Program-made: the position numbers and the translations under genes
The notes under the pieces: model-generated
The model's database searches: none
Seen by the model: only the letters and a program-made list of their open reading frames with translations
What the model was told of the DNA's origin: nothing
Shown here: positions 37,439-47,808 of the stretch, in pieces
Position numbering within the stretch: the first letter of the stretch is position 1
How the letters are laid out: every line of letters begins with the position of its first letter
Source: Terriglobia bacterium
GTDB taxonomy: Bacteria > Acidobacteriota > Terriglobia > Bryobacterales > Bryobacteraceae
NCBI GenBank assembly: GCA_963766615.1
Contig: CAVYBC010000002.1
Location: 45,308-109,307 of the forward strand
DNA length: 64,000 nucleotides
Direction: 5' to 3'

Positions 37439-38037
37439 TTGCTTCCCTCGTACAAATCGCGAAGTTCCTCGCGCAGCTTTGCCACCGCGCGGAACATATG
37501 CACCTTTACGGTGCCCACATCCAGGTCCAGATGGCTTCCGATCTCCTCCAGACTCATTCCTTCAAAATGCCGCAGCGTGAATACCGCTCGCTGGCGTCCC
37601 GACAACCTGTTCAGCGAAACGCGCAGCCTGCGTGAAACTTGATCCGCGAAATACTTCTGTTCCGCCTCAGGCGACGTGGACCGGGTCTTCAAAAGAATCG
37701 CCTGCTCGTCTTCGGGCGACGGCCTGCGCCGCCACAATTGCCATTTACGCGACCGCAGCCGGTCCATGCAGGCATTCACGGCGATCCGGGTCAACCAGCG
37801 GGCAGGGTCATCGATCTCCGGCGCGTTCTGCTTGCTTAGCGCCTGGTAGGCCTTAAGAAAAACATCCTGTGTGGCCGAATCCGCTTCATCACGGTCTTGC
37901 AGGAGCCGTTGGCACAGAGCATAGACGCGCCTCTGTTCCGAGGTCATCCACGCGCCGAAATCCTGCAAAACGCCGCCGTCCCAGGCCGCCGATCTTACGG
38001 CTGAGGGGGCGGCGATGATACCCGCCATGGCTCCCAT
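37435..38037 (-). CDS. ECF-type RNA polymerase sigma factor
   Basis: Region 2 (DEADSATQDVFLKAYQAL) and region 4 (LSGRQRAVFTLRHFEGMSLEEIGSHL) are both present. Confidence 0.85.
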   Translation of the reverse strand: MGAMAGIIAAPSAVRSAAWDGGVLQDFGAWMTSEQRRVYALCQRLLQDRDEADSATQDVFLKAYQALSKQNAPEIDDPARWLTRIAVNACMDRLRSRKWQLWRRRPSPEDEQAILLKTRSTSPEAEQKYFADQVSRRLRVSLNRLSGRQRAVFTLRHFEGMSLEEIGSHLDLDVGTVKVHMFRAVAKLREELRDLYEGSK

Positions 38038-38131
38038 TTTACTGCCACTTGATGTTGAAAGAACTACTGTAAGGAAAGACGGAATCCAAGGCCCGCCGGT
38101 TTACCAGGCGTTACCCGCGAGAGCGGAATTA

Positions 38132-38731
38132 CTATTGGATGCCGAAAGCGGCCATCCGGGCCGGAATCATGGCCCCGGGCTGCTCGCGCTCTTCTTCCTG
38201 AGATCCGAAATCGTCCAGGAGCTTCGAGATGGCCAAGCGGCCGCTATCGGAGGCAAGTTGCGAAGTGGTAAAGATGGAATCCACCTGCATCTGGTCCAGG
38301 TCGCGACCCTCTTCCAGCACCATTTCGCGCTCTACCCAGTTGGAAAGAGGGATGTTGCGGAAGAACAGGCGTTCCTGCATGATCATGCTCTTTTTCATGG
38401 AGTTGGCCGTCTTCGATTCGCGCCCGTAACTGCGCTCCTCCACCCGGAAATCCTGCATGAAATCGTCCAGCGCCGCGCGGCGGCTGGAGGCTTCGGTCGC
38501 TTTGACCTTCTCTTCCATGGTCACTTTCTGGGAATTGATAATCGCCCGCGCTTCGGCCAGCGATTCCCGCTCTTTGGAAATCGCGATTTCCATCTTGGCT
38601 TGCATGATGTAGAAGGATAACAGCGCGCTGCCCGCGGCGACGAAAACAGGAAGAAACATCCAGAGAAAGGCATCCATGTGCATAGCGAGGTGAGTTTCCA
38701 CGATTGTATTGATCGGCGGAGCATGGGCCAA
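38132..38731 (-). CDS. hypothetical membrane-anchored protein
   Basis: 199-aa ORF with one N-terminal TM segment (FLWMFLPVFVAAGSALLSFYI) followed by a charged helical region. Confidence 0.45.
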   Translation of the reverse strand: MAHAPPINTIVETHLAMHMDAFLWMFLPVFVAAGSALLSFYIMQAKMEIAISKERESLAEARAIINSQKVTMEEKVKATEASSRRAALDDFMQDFRVEERSYGRESKTANSMKKSMIMQERLFFRNIPLSNWVEREMVLEEGRDLDQMQVDSIFTTSQLASDSGRLAISKLLDDFGSQEEEREQPGAMIPARMAAFGIQ

Positions 38732-38901
38732 AAGTTATGGTCTTAGGCAAAAAACCTTAAACAGCGTAAGGACTTTTGACCTTCGTTAGCTGTCTTTGTT
38801 AGCGATCTATGCCATCAGTAATACTCGGCCTTTTCGGCCAGCGATGATACGATTAATTTCAGCACCTCCCCGTGCCCGGTTTGACAAAATAGGGACTCTC
38901 T

Positions 38902-41900
38902 ATGTGGATTGTCAGGTTAGCTTTACGGCGTCCCTACACCTTCGTGGTGATGGCGGTTTTGATCGCCATTCTGGGTGGCGCAGCCATCTGGACCATGCCG
39001 GTGGACATCTTCCCCTACATCGACATTCCCATTGTCAGCATCGTGTGGCAATACAGCGGCCTTTCCCCGGAGGAAATGGAGAGCCGTATTGTCACCAATT
39101 TCGAACGCGCCCTGACCTCCAACGTCGAAGATATTGAGCACATCGAATCGCAATCCCACCAGAGTATCGCCGTTGTTCGCGTCTATTTTCATCCCAACGT
39201 TCAGGTGGATCTCGCGCTGTCGCAAATCGTCACGCAGTGCCAGGTGCAGGTTCGGAATATGCCTCCGGGAACCTTCCCGCCGCAGGTCCTGAAATACGAC
39301 GCGGCCAGCGTTCCTATTCTGCAACTAGGGCTTAGCAGCAAGACGCTCAAAGAGCAGGAAATTTTCGATCTCGCCAATAACTTCGTCCGCACCCCGCTTG
39401 CGACGGTGCAGGGAGCCAACGTTTCCTATCCCTTTGGCGGCAAGAACCGGCAAATCATGGTGGACCTGAACCTCCATGAGCTATTCGCCAAACAGCTTTC
39501 TCCCATTGATGTGTCCAACGCCCTCAATCTACAGAACCTGATCCTGCCCGCCGGCACCGCGAAGTTCGCTCAGACCGAGTATCCGGTTCGCCTCAATAGC
39601 AGCCCCACGGTTCTCTCAGACTTCAATAATCTGCCGATTAAGACCGTCAACGGCGCCACCATCTATATGAAGGACGTGGCCACCGTCCACGACGGCTTCA
39701 CCCCGCAGCAGAACATCGTCCGTACCAACGGGTCACGCGGCGTGCTTCTCACCGTGACGCGCAATGGCAAGGCTTCCACGCTGGCCATCGTCAACGCGGT
39801 GAAGAACGCGATGCCTAAAGTGATGAGCACCGTTACGCAGGACCTGAAGCTATCCATCTTCGGGGATCAATCGGTGTTCGTGCGCGCCTCCGTCGAAGGC
39901 GTGCTGCGCGAGACGCTGATCGCGGCATTTCTCACCGGTACGGTGATTCTTCTTTTCCTGGGCAGTTGGCGCAGCACCTTTATCGTCTGCATTTCGATTC
40001 CGCTTTCGATCCTTACCTCGATCTGTCTGTTGAGCCTGCTGGGGCAAACCATCAACGTCATGACGCTGGGAGGTCTGGCGCTAGCGGTCGGCATCCTGGT
40101 GGACGACGCCACAGTGGAAATAGAAAATACGCATCGCAATTTAGGCATGGGTAAGCGGTTGGTGAAAGCGGTGCTGGATGGAGCATCACAGATCGCGGTT
40201 CCGACGCTGGTTTCCACGTTGTCGATTTGCATTGTCTTCGTTCCAGTGCTGCTGCTGACGGGTACGGCTCGCTATCTATTCACTCCTCTCGCGATGGCGG
40301 TGGTGTTCGCCATGCTCGCCTCCTACATGTTGTCGCGAACTCTAGTTCCCACCCTGGTTCACCACTTGCTTGGAAGTGAAGCGGAGATGTATCGAAGCGG
40401 CGGGCACGGAGGCAAGGGGTTTCTCTGGGCCGTCCACCGCGGCGTGAACAATCTGTTCGAACGGCTGCGCTATCGCTATATGGGCCTGCTGGATTTCTCG
40501 CTACGCCACAGGGGACCTGTTCTGCTTACGTTCCTGATCTTCTCCTTCGGGTCATTCTTCTTAGTGCGCTTGATCGGCGAAGATTTCTTCCCAGACGTGG
40601 ACGCCGGCCAGATCCGCCTTCATGCCCGCACCGCTGCCGGCACGCGCATCGAGGAGACCGAAGTCCGCATGGCCGAAGTGGAGAAGGAGATCCGCGCCGC
40701 GCTCCCGGCGGGTGAGGTCGAAACAATTCTGGAAAACATCGGCATCCCCAACGCCTGGGGCAGTATCGCGCAGGGGGATGTGCCCAACATCGCGGCCACC
40801 GACGGGGAGATTCTGATCTCGCTGAATCACGACAAACATGGTCCTGTGCGCGAGTATGAAGTCATGCTGCGTAAGCGTCTTCAGGAGCGCTTCCCCGGCA
40901 TGATCTTTTTCTTTGAGCCTGCCAACATCACCAATCAGATTCTGAATTTCGGCCTGCCCGCTCCGATCGACCTCCAGGTGACGGGTCGCGACACGGCGAA
41001 TAATTTCAAGATCGCCTCCAGGCTGAAGGACCGCATCGAGCGCATTCCCGGTGCGGCCGACGTCCACATTCATCAGGTCTACAAGCAGCCGCAATTGAAC
41101 GTAAACGTGGACCGCGTCAAGGCGGGTGGGTTGGGCCTCACCCAGCGCGACGTTACCAGCAGCGTTCTCATCTCGCTTAGCGGCAATAATCAGGTGGCAC
41201 CCAGCTTTTGGCTGAATCCCGCCAATGGGGTCAGTTACAACGTAGGCGTGCAGACTTCGCAATACCGCATCGATTCTTTGGACGCGCTGCTGCGGACGCC
41301 CATCACCGCCGCGTCTAGTGACGTCAACACCACCACCGCTGGCTCGACTGCGGGCGTGGCCAGCATGGGCAACGCGTCGGTAGGAGCCTCGCCCAGCGGC
41401 GCGTCACAAGCGTACGGAAACCCTGGGGCCCTGACGAACCCGACGCAGCTTCTTTCCAATCTTGTCGACGTCCAGCGCAGTTACGGCCAGGTGATTGTGA
41501 ATCACTACAACGTTGCTCCTGTGTTCGACATCTATGCCAACGTGGACCGCCGCGACCTGGGAAGCGTGGGCAGGGAAGTGGAAAAAATCGTTCAGGAGGA
41601 ACAATTCCACCTGCCGCGCGGCACCACCTTCAACATGCGGGGCGAGTATGAAACCATGCAGAGCTCCTTCGTGCGGCTGGGACTGGGCATGGCCTTCGCG
41701 GTCATCCTGGTCTATCTTCTAATGGCGGTAAACTTCCAGTCCTGGCTTGATCCGTTTATCATTCTTACCGCGCTGCCCGGAGCCATCGCCGGCATCCTGT
41801 GGATGCTGTTTGTCACCGGCACCACGCTGAGTGTTCCGTCTTTGATGGGCTCCATTATGTGCGTCGGCGTGGCGACCGCGAACAGTATTCTGTTGGTGAC

Positions 41901-42240
41901 CTTTGCCAATGATGAACGCGCGGCCATTCCTCTGGCTCGCGATGCGATGCTTTCGGCCGGGTACGCGCGTATCCGCCCTGTGCTGATGACCGCGTCGGCG
42001 ATGATACTGGGTATGCTGCCCATGGCTCTGAGCCTGGGTGAGGGCGGAGAGCAGAACGCTCCTCTGGGTCGCGCTGTAATCGGCGGGCTGCTGGGGGCTA
42101 CCGTCACGACACTATTCGTGGTCCCCATCTTCTACAGCTATCTGCGCAACAAGCCTCCCGTGGATCAGGAGCGCCGTCTGGAAGAGGAAGAACACAACGA
42201 AACCTTGGCGGCTGAATTGGATTTGATGGAGAAAGCTTAG
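38902..42240 (+). CDS. RND efflux transporter permease (AcrB/CzcA superfamily)
   Basis: 1112 aa. Starts MWIVRLALRRPYTFVVMAVLIAILG and has the 12-TM/2-loop architecture. The conserved TM4 region is GLALAVGILVDDATVEIEN. Confidence 0.9.
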   Translation: MWIVRLALRRPYTFVVMAVLIAILGGAAIWTMPVDIFPYIDIPIVSIVWQYSGLSPEEMESRIVTNFERALTSNVEDIEHIESQSHQSIAVVRVYFHPNVQVDLALSQIVTQCQVQVRNMPPGTFPPQVLKYDAASVPILQLGLSSKTLKEQEIFDLANNFVRTPLATVQGANVSYPFGGKNRQIMVDLNLHELFAKQLSPIDVSNALNLQNLILPAGTAKFAQTEYPVRLNSSPTVLSDFNNLPIKTVNGATIYMKDVATVHDGFTPQQNIVRTNGSRGVLLTVTRNGKASTLAIVNAVKNAMPKVMSTVTQDLKLSIFGDQSVFVRASVEGVLRETLIAAFLTGTVILLFLGSWRSTFIVCISIPLSILTSICLLSLLGQTINVMTLGGLALAVGILVDDATVEIENTHRNLGMGKRLVKAVLDGASQIAVPTLVSTLSICIVFVPVLLLTGTARYLFTPLAMAVVFAMLASYMLSRTLVPTLVHHLLGSEAEMYRSGGHGGKGFLWAVHRGVNNLFERLRYRYMGLLDFSLRHRGPVLLTFLIFSFGSFFLVRLIGEDFFPDVDAGQIRLHARTAAGTRIEETEVRMAEVEKEIRAALPAGEVETILENIGIPNAWGSIAQGDVPNIAATDGEILISLNHDKHGPVREYEVMLRKRLQERFPGMIFFFEPANITNQILNFGLPAPIDLQVTGRDTANNFKIASRLKDRIERIPGAADVHIHQVYKQPQLNVNVDRVKAGGLGLTQRDVTSSVLISLSGNNQVAPSFWLNPANGVSYNVGVQTSQYRIDSLDALLRTPITAASSDVNTTTAGSTAGVASMGNASVGASPSGASQAYGNPGALTNPTQLLSNLVDVQRSYGQVIVNHYNVAPVFDIYANVDRRDLGSVGREVEKIVQEEQFHLPRGTTFNMRGEYETMQSSFVRLGLGMAFAVILVYLLMAVNFQSWLDPFIILTALPGAIAGILWMLFVTGTTLSVPSLMGSIMCVGVATANSILLVTFANDERAAIPLARDAMLSAGYARIRPVLMTASAMILGMLPMALSLGEGGEQNAPLGRAVIGGLLGATVTTLFVVPIFYSYLRNKPPVDQERRLEEEEHNETLAAELDLMEKA

Positions 42241-42244
42241 GCGA

Positions 42245-43597
42245 ATGAGAGACAGCGAAACCAATCCTCCAAGCGAGTCGGCCGAGCAGCAACTGCGGCG
42301 CCGCGTCGAGGAATTAGAGCGTCAGCTTCGCGAGCGCAAGCCGGCGGCTCATGCCGGTCCTCCCGCCGAGCGTTGGCGCCCTTCCGGCGTCACCATTTCC
42401 GCGCTTGTGTTGGGATTTGTGGTGCTTCTGGCGGTAGCCTTTTTCGCGGGCTACGTTCCGTTGCAGAAGCGCGACGCGTTGGTGCGCGCCGAATCGCAAG
42501 AGCGCGGGAAAGAATTGCCGCGCATGGAAGTGATGCGGATCGGCCGCTCCTCGCCAAAAAGCGAGCTGAACTTGCCGGGCACACTGCAGGCAGTCACCGA
42601 AGCCCCGATTCTCGCGCGCACGGACGGGTATTTGAAAACCCGGCTGGTAGATCTTGGCGATCATGTCCGCGCCGGACAGCCCCTTGCAGAGATCGACGCA
42701 CCTGAGGTCGATCAGCAAATCCTGCAGGCTGAAGCCGCCGTTCAACAGGCTCAAGCCGCGCTGGAACAGGCTGAGGCGGCATTGGCACAGGGCAAGGCCA
42801 ATCGCGATCTGGCCAAGGTTACGGCGGATCGCTGGAAATCGCTGGCCGCGCAGGGAGTGGTTTCGCAGCAGGATAACGACACCAATCAGGCGCAATTTGT
42901 CGCTCAGACGGCCAATGTGCAGGCGCTGGAGAAGGCAATCTCCGCGCAGCGCTCAAATGTCGCCGCCGCAAGGGCGAACGTGGCTCGCTTGCAGGAAGTG
43001 CAGGCCTACCGTGTGGTGAAAGCGCCGTTTGATGGCGTGATCACTCTGCGCAACGTCGATGTGGGCGCGCTGGTAAGCACCGGCACTACTCTGCTCTATC
43101 GCATCGCGCAGTTGGGAACGCTTCGCACTTACGTAAACGTTCCGCAGGATAATGCTAACTCGGTCCATACAGGCCAGCCCGCGCTGTTGGCGCTGTCGAA
43201 TTTTCCGGGCCGCCGTTTCTCGGGCAAGGTCGCGCGAACGTCGAATTCGCTCGACCCATCCAGCCGTACATTGCTGGTGGAGGTCGACGTACCTAATTCC
43301 GACGGAGCTCTTTTTCCGGGTATGTACGCCGACGTCGACTTAAGCGCCGCGCGTCCTAGCCCGCCCTTGCTGGTTCCCGCCGGAGCCCTCATCATCCGCG
43401 CCAACGGAGCGCAAGTCGCCCAGGTCGACGCGGACGGGATCGTGCATCTCCGCAAAATCACAGCCGGCCGCGACTATGGAGATCGCGTGGAGATCGTGCA
43501 GGGTGTGGAGGAAGGTGCAACGATTGTCACTGCTCCTGGGGACGCGGCGCAGGAGGGGGCGAAGATTGTGCCGGTAAGCGGGGGGAAAGAGAATTAG
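42245..43597 (+). CDS. RND efflux periplasmic adaptor (MFP/HlyD family)
   Basis: TM anchor, a coiled-coil hairpin ([22 protein letters not shown]...), and lipoyl and beta-barrel segments. Confidence 0.85.
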   Translation: MRDSETNPPSESAEQQLRRRVEELERQLRERKPAAHAGPPAERWRPSGVTISALVLGFVVLLAVAFFAGYVPLQKRDALVRAESQERGKELPRMEVMRIGRSSPKSELNLPGTLQAVTEAPILARTDGYLKTRLVDLGDHVRAGQPLAEIDAPEVDQQILQAEAAVQQAQAALEQAEAALAQGKANRDLAKVTADRWKSLAAQGVVSQQDNDTNQAQFVAQTANVQALEKAISAQRSNVAAARANVARLQEVQAYRVVKAPFDGVITLRNVDVGALVSTGTTLLYRIAQLGTLRTYVNVPQDNANSVHTGQPALLALSNFPGRRFSGKVARTSNSLDPSSRTLLVEVDVPNSDGALFPGMYADVDLSAARPSPPLLVPAGALIIRANGAQVAQVDADGIVHLRKITAGRDYGDRVEIVQGVEEGATIVTAPGDAAQEGAKIVPVSGGKEN

Positions 43598-45700
43598 CCC
43601 CGCGACTCCCTGGCCCTCCTCAACATCCCCTTCATGACCCTCTCCGTCCAGGTACCGAAGGGCTGATCCGTAGTCAAATACGTCCAGGTCGCGCCTCTCT
43701 CCGTCGGATCCAAACGACCTTCTTGAGCCTCCTCAAGCCGCTCCGCAATCGCCCCGTCTAACGATTCCTCCAACTCGCGATACATCACATCCACGGCCTT
43801 CAGATACTCAAATAGCGGCTCGCGCCCGCCCCAGGAAACCCAGTGGACTCCCTGACGCAGTTCCGTGATCGAAGCGAGATAACCCGACCAAAATTCGTCC
43901 ATCACGGTCAGTGCGACCACCCTGTCTAACTCCGATGCCCTCTCCTCCGTGCCGGTCAAGATCGCTTGCCGCCGAGCCTGCCAGCGCTGCCGCTGGCCTT
44001 CGATCACCATCTCGTATTTCCACAGAAACGTGCGAATTCCGAGGTTCTGCCCTTCGGCGATTCTCTGCACCGCGTCCACGTCGTCTTCCGGATTGAGAAT
44101 ATCGGCCGCATACCGCACAAACAAATCATCCTGTAGGGAGATGAAGAATCGCGAGCTCCCGGCATCGCCCTGACGGCCTGAGCGTCCCCGCAATTGGTTG
44201 TCGATGCGCCGACTCTCATGCCGGTTGGTGCCGATCACATGCAGACCGCCCAACTCCGCCACAGCCGTCCCCCAGCCGGATGTCGGTCCCGCGTCCGGCC
44301 ATGTTGGTCGAGATAGTGATCGCGCCGCGTTCTCCGGCCCTGGCGACAATCGCAGCCTCGGTCTCGTCGTGCCGGGCGTTCAAGACTTCATGAGGCACGG
44401 TCAGCCTGGCCGCCAGCCTTTCCGATTCCTCTACGCTCCGGGTCCCTACCAGCACCGGACGCCCCGTCTCATGCACGCGCAGAATTTCTTTGAGTACCGC
44501 CTCTTCTTTGTCCCTCTTGTAGGGAAACACCACATCGGATGCATCTTCGCGAATCACCGGCCGATGCGTTGGAATTACCTCGACCTCCAACTGATAGAGC
44601 TCACGGAATTCGGTCGCCTGCGTCTCGGCTGTTCCCGTCATTCCGCACAAATGCGAATACAGCCCTACCAGGTTTTGGAGCGTGATTGACCCGAGAATCT
44701 CGCCTTGCGTCTTCAGCGCGACGCCCTCTTTCGCTTCGATCGCCGTGTGCAGGCCTGCGGGCCAACGGCGATCCTTTGCAACACGCCCCTTGAACTCGTC
44801 TACGGACTCGATCGCGCCGTTCTTGACGATATAGTCCACATCGCGGCGCAATAAGGCGTGTGCGTGCAGAGCGTCTTGAATCGCGCTAAGTATGCCCAAG
44901 CTCTCCTCATCGAACAAACTGCGCAGGTGAAACGCCCGCTCCCCTTCGCGAATGCCCCGATCGGTAAGCGAGATGTTGCGGCCAAATTCATCCACGTTGA
45001 AATGCTCGAAGCGGCGGAAGTGGCGGACCAATTGATCGGCTCGAAGAGCCAGCGGAAGCTCGTCGCGCGGAATTCCTCCCGCGATCACCAGAGGAATCCG
45101 CGCCTCGTCGATCAGGATGGAATCGGCCTCATCCAGCACCGCGGACACGAACGGCCTATGTACCTGCTCATTCGGACGGAGGCACATCTGGTCGCGCAGC
45201 AGGTCGAAGCCGCATTCGTTCGCGGTGACGTAGGTGGCGTCGCAGGCATAAGCCGCGCGACGATCCTCAGCACTCATGCCCTGCTGGACGAATCCTGTCT
45301 TAACGCCCAGCATCCGATACACAGGACCCATCCACTCCGCATCGCGCCGCGCCAAGTAATCGTTCACCGTCATGACGTGAACGCCCTGACCCTGTGTTGC
45401 GAGCCACGCCACGGCGGGTACTGCGGCCAGGGTCTTGCCCTCGCCCGTCTGCATCTCGGCGATCTTGCCGTCGGCGAGCGCCAGCGCGCCTGCGAACTGC
45501 TCAGCGTGCATCTCCAGGCCGAGCACTCGTCGAGCTGCTTCCGCGGCAGCGGCAAAGGTGTGGACTAAATCGCCAGGCTCGCGCAGCCGGTCTTCGTCAG
45601 CGTCGCGCAAGCGCGCCCAGGCTTCTTGAATCGGCGCAATCCGATCCAGGTTCGGAAACACCTTGCCCGAGAAAATCGACCGAAGGAATGGCCAAGTCAC
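43594..45700 (-). pseudogene. short SecA-family ATPase (about 700 aa if repaired), reading frame broken near 44270
   Basis: Walker A MQTGEGKTL, the DEAD-like motif LDEADSILIDEARIPLVIAGG, and [13 protein letters not shown] are in ORF 44216-45700. [31 protein letters not shown] continues in ORF 43594-44349. The break lies at a run of five G (minus strand). Confidence 0.8.
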
Positions 45701-46560
45701 CCCGCCTGAGATCCGTCCAGTTTCTCCCCGCTTAGAATTTTCGTGAAGCCGCCGAAGTCCGCGCGTCCTAAGGCTCCAAACGCTGCGCCCAGTTTGAACG
45801 GGAACGCGCCGCCCCCATATTTCGAAAGCAGCGCCGCGGCTCCAGCGACCTTATCGATGCGGGCGATCTTCTCCCCTGCCAGCGGATCGGGCGCCGGATG
45901 ATAGACCGCGCGAATGCCCGGGTACAAGCGAATCTTCTTTCCTGCCCGCTTGGCCTGCGCTGCAAGATCGGCATCGGCCCAATAGTGGCCAAAGCGCTCA
46001 TCGAAGAAATTCATTCCGCGCACAAACGTCTTGCGAACCATCAGCGCGTCCATGGCGGGATATTCTACCGTCACCACGTCTTGCGATTCATCAATCACGA
46101 TCGGTTTCAACTCACCGCCCTTACACACCGATGCCAGCTCGTCTTTCCCCGGCATTTTGTAGGCGCGCGATACGGACTTGCCTTCCTCGTCGGTCAGAAG
46201 GGCACAGGCCGCTACCGCCTCCTGGTCCTCAGCCAGCCGCGCGGCGAGCAGAGCCGCCGTATCGGGCTTCACCTCTACGTTGGGGGAAACAAAAAACAGC
46301 AGATCCGCTTTGGCCGTCCTGGTTGCGATGTTCATCGCTCTCGCAGCGCCCAAATGATGCGGCAACCGCAGCATGTTGACCGCTTTGAAATCCGTGTCCA
46401 CGCTGGAACTGCGATCGTTGCTTCCGCAATCCACCACCAGAATTTCCAGCTTGTCGCGATCTTTGGATTGCTCCAGCGCCTGCACCGCGCGGTGCACAGC
46501 GGAGCCCTGATTGAAGGTGACCAGAATCGCGGACACCTGCGGCCCAACGGGCCCTTCCAC
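45697..46560 (-). CDS. family-2 glycosyltransferase
   Basis: GT2 N-terminus VSAILVTFNQG...LEILVVDCGSNDRS. The stop overlaps the SecA-like GTG start (GTGA). The start is uncertain: the GTG at 46560 is preferred, and the ATG at 46698 would overlap the divergent BNR start codon. Confidence 0.7.
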   Translation of the reverse strand: MEGPVGPQVSAILVTFNQGSAVHRAVQALEQSKDRDKLEILVVDCGSNDRSSSVDTDFKAVNMLRLPHHLGAARAMNIATRTAKADLLFFVSPNVEVKPDTAALLAARLAEDQEAVAACALLTDEEGKSVSRAYKMPGKDELASVCKGGELKPIVIDESQDVVTVEYPAMDALMVRKTFVRGMNFFDERFGHYWADADLAAQAKRAGKKIRLYPGIRAVYHPAPDPLAGEKIARIDKVAGAAALLSKYGGGAFPFKLGAAFGALGRADFGGFTKILSGEKLDGSQAG

Positions 46561-46696
46561 GGAATCCGGCCAACGAAGGCTCGGGCGACGTTGTTTGATC
46601 GGAACGAGGTGCGCCGCCTTTGCGGAACCGCTGGTCTTTTTCCTGTGGCATGGGGGTGAATCCCGATCATAGCGCGAACCGGATACAATTCTGTCC

Positions 46697-47803
46697 ATGG
46701 CGGCAAGAACCAACAAACAAACCATTGAGATTTGGGTTGGAACCAAGAAGGGAGCGTTCGTATTTCGCTCTTCCGACCGAAAAAACTGGACCATCTCGGG
46801 CCCCGAATTTCGGGGCTGGGAGGTGAATCACGTGGTGCAGGACCCGCGCGATCCCGCCCGCTATTACGCGGCTGTGAACAGCGCATGGTTCGGTCCGCAC
46901 ATCCACGCCTCCACCGATGGCGGCAAGACCTGGCATGCTTCTGAACAAGGCTTGGCCGTCCAAGGATTGGGCGAGGTCGCGGGCAAGCCGGCCACCCTCG
47001 CGCGTATCTGGCACATTCAACCCGGCCATGCCGACGAGCCCGGCGTGGTCTACGCGGGCGCCGATCCGGGGGTGCTCTTCCGCAGTCGCGATTGGGGCGC
47101 GTCCTGGGAAGTTGTCGATGGCATTACTCGCCATCCTACGCGCGACAAGTGGATGCCCGGCGCAGGCGGCATGACCGTACACTCAATTCAAGCCCTCGGC
47201 AAACGCCGGTTGATCGTAGGAATCTCCGCCGCTGGAGCGTTCCGCTCGGCCGATGGCGGCGAAACGTGGGAACCGCACAACGCGGGAGTGCTAGCCGACT
47301 TCCTGCCCAACAAACGTCCCGAGGTCGGCCAATGCGTTCACAAACTGTTAGCCCATCCTCGCAAGCCCGAGGTGCTCTATCAGCAGAACCACTGCGGCGT
47401 CTACAAGGGAAAACTCAACGGCAAGAAGTGGACCGACATTTCCGAAGGCTTGCCCACTCGCTTTGGTTTCGGTCTGGCGGTTCCCAGCGCGGAAGAAGAG
47501 ACCCTCTTCACCGTGCCCATGGAGTCCGCCAACTACCGCTGCAACCTGAACGGAAAGCTCTCTGTCGCGCGTTCCCGCGATGGAGGAAAAACCTGGAAGT
47601 TGCTCAACAAGGGCTTGCCCGATCACGACGCTCACGTCACCGTGTTGCGCGAGGCCATGACCTCCGATCCTCTATCGCCTGCCGGCGTCTACTTCGGCAC
47701 CTCTACCGGCGCCGTGTACCACACCCGCGATGCCGGAGAAGCCTGGCATCCCCTGGCAGCCAACCTACCAGCGGTCTATTCGGTGACCGTTGCGACGCAG
47801 TAG
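46697..47803 (+). CDS. BNR/Asp-box repeat (sialidase-like beta-propeller) protein
   Basis: Four SxDxGxTW-type boxes are present: STDGGKTW, SADGGETW, SRDGGKTW and TRDAGEAW. Confidence 0.75.
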   Translation: MAARTNKQTIEIWVGTKKGAFVFRSSDRKNWTISGPEFRGWEVNHVVQDPRDPARYYAAVNSAWFGPHIHASTDGGKTWHASEQGLAVQGLGEVAGKPATLARIWHIQPGHADEPGVVYAGADPGVLFRSRDWGASWEVVDGITRHPTRDKWMPGAGGMTVHSIQALGKRRLIVGISAAGAFRSADGGETWEPHNAGVLADFLPNKRPEVGQCVHKLLAHPRKPEVLYQQNHCGVYKGKLNGKKWTDISEGLPTRFGFGLAVPSAEEETLFTVPMESANYRCNLNGKLSVARSRDGGKTWKLLNKGLPDHDAHVTVLREAMTSDPLSPAGVYFGTSTGAVYHTRDAGEAWHPLAANLPAVYSVTVATQ

Positions 47804-47808
47804 GATGT

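Noticed and set aside
46696-46699. CCATGG providing start codons on both strands (GT2 at 46698 and the BNR gene at 46697)
   Set aside because: Divergent genes sharing overlapping start codons would leave no promoter space. I prefer the downstream GTG at 46560 for the GT2 gene, and the coincidence stems from the palindromic CATG.
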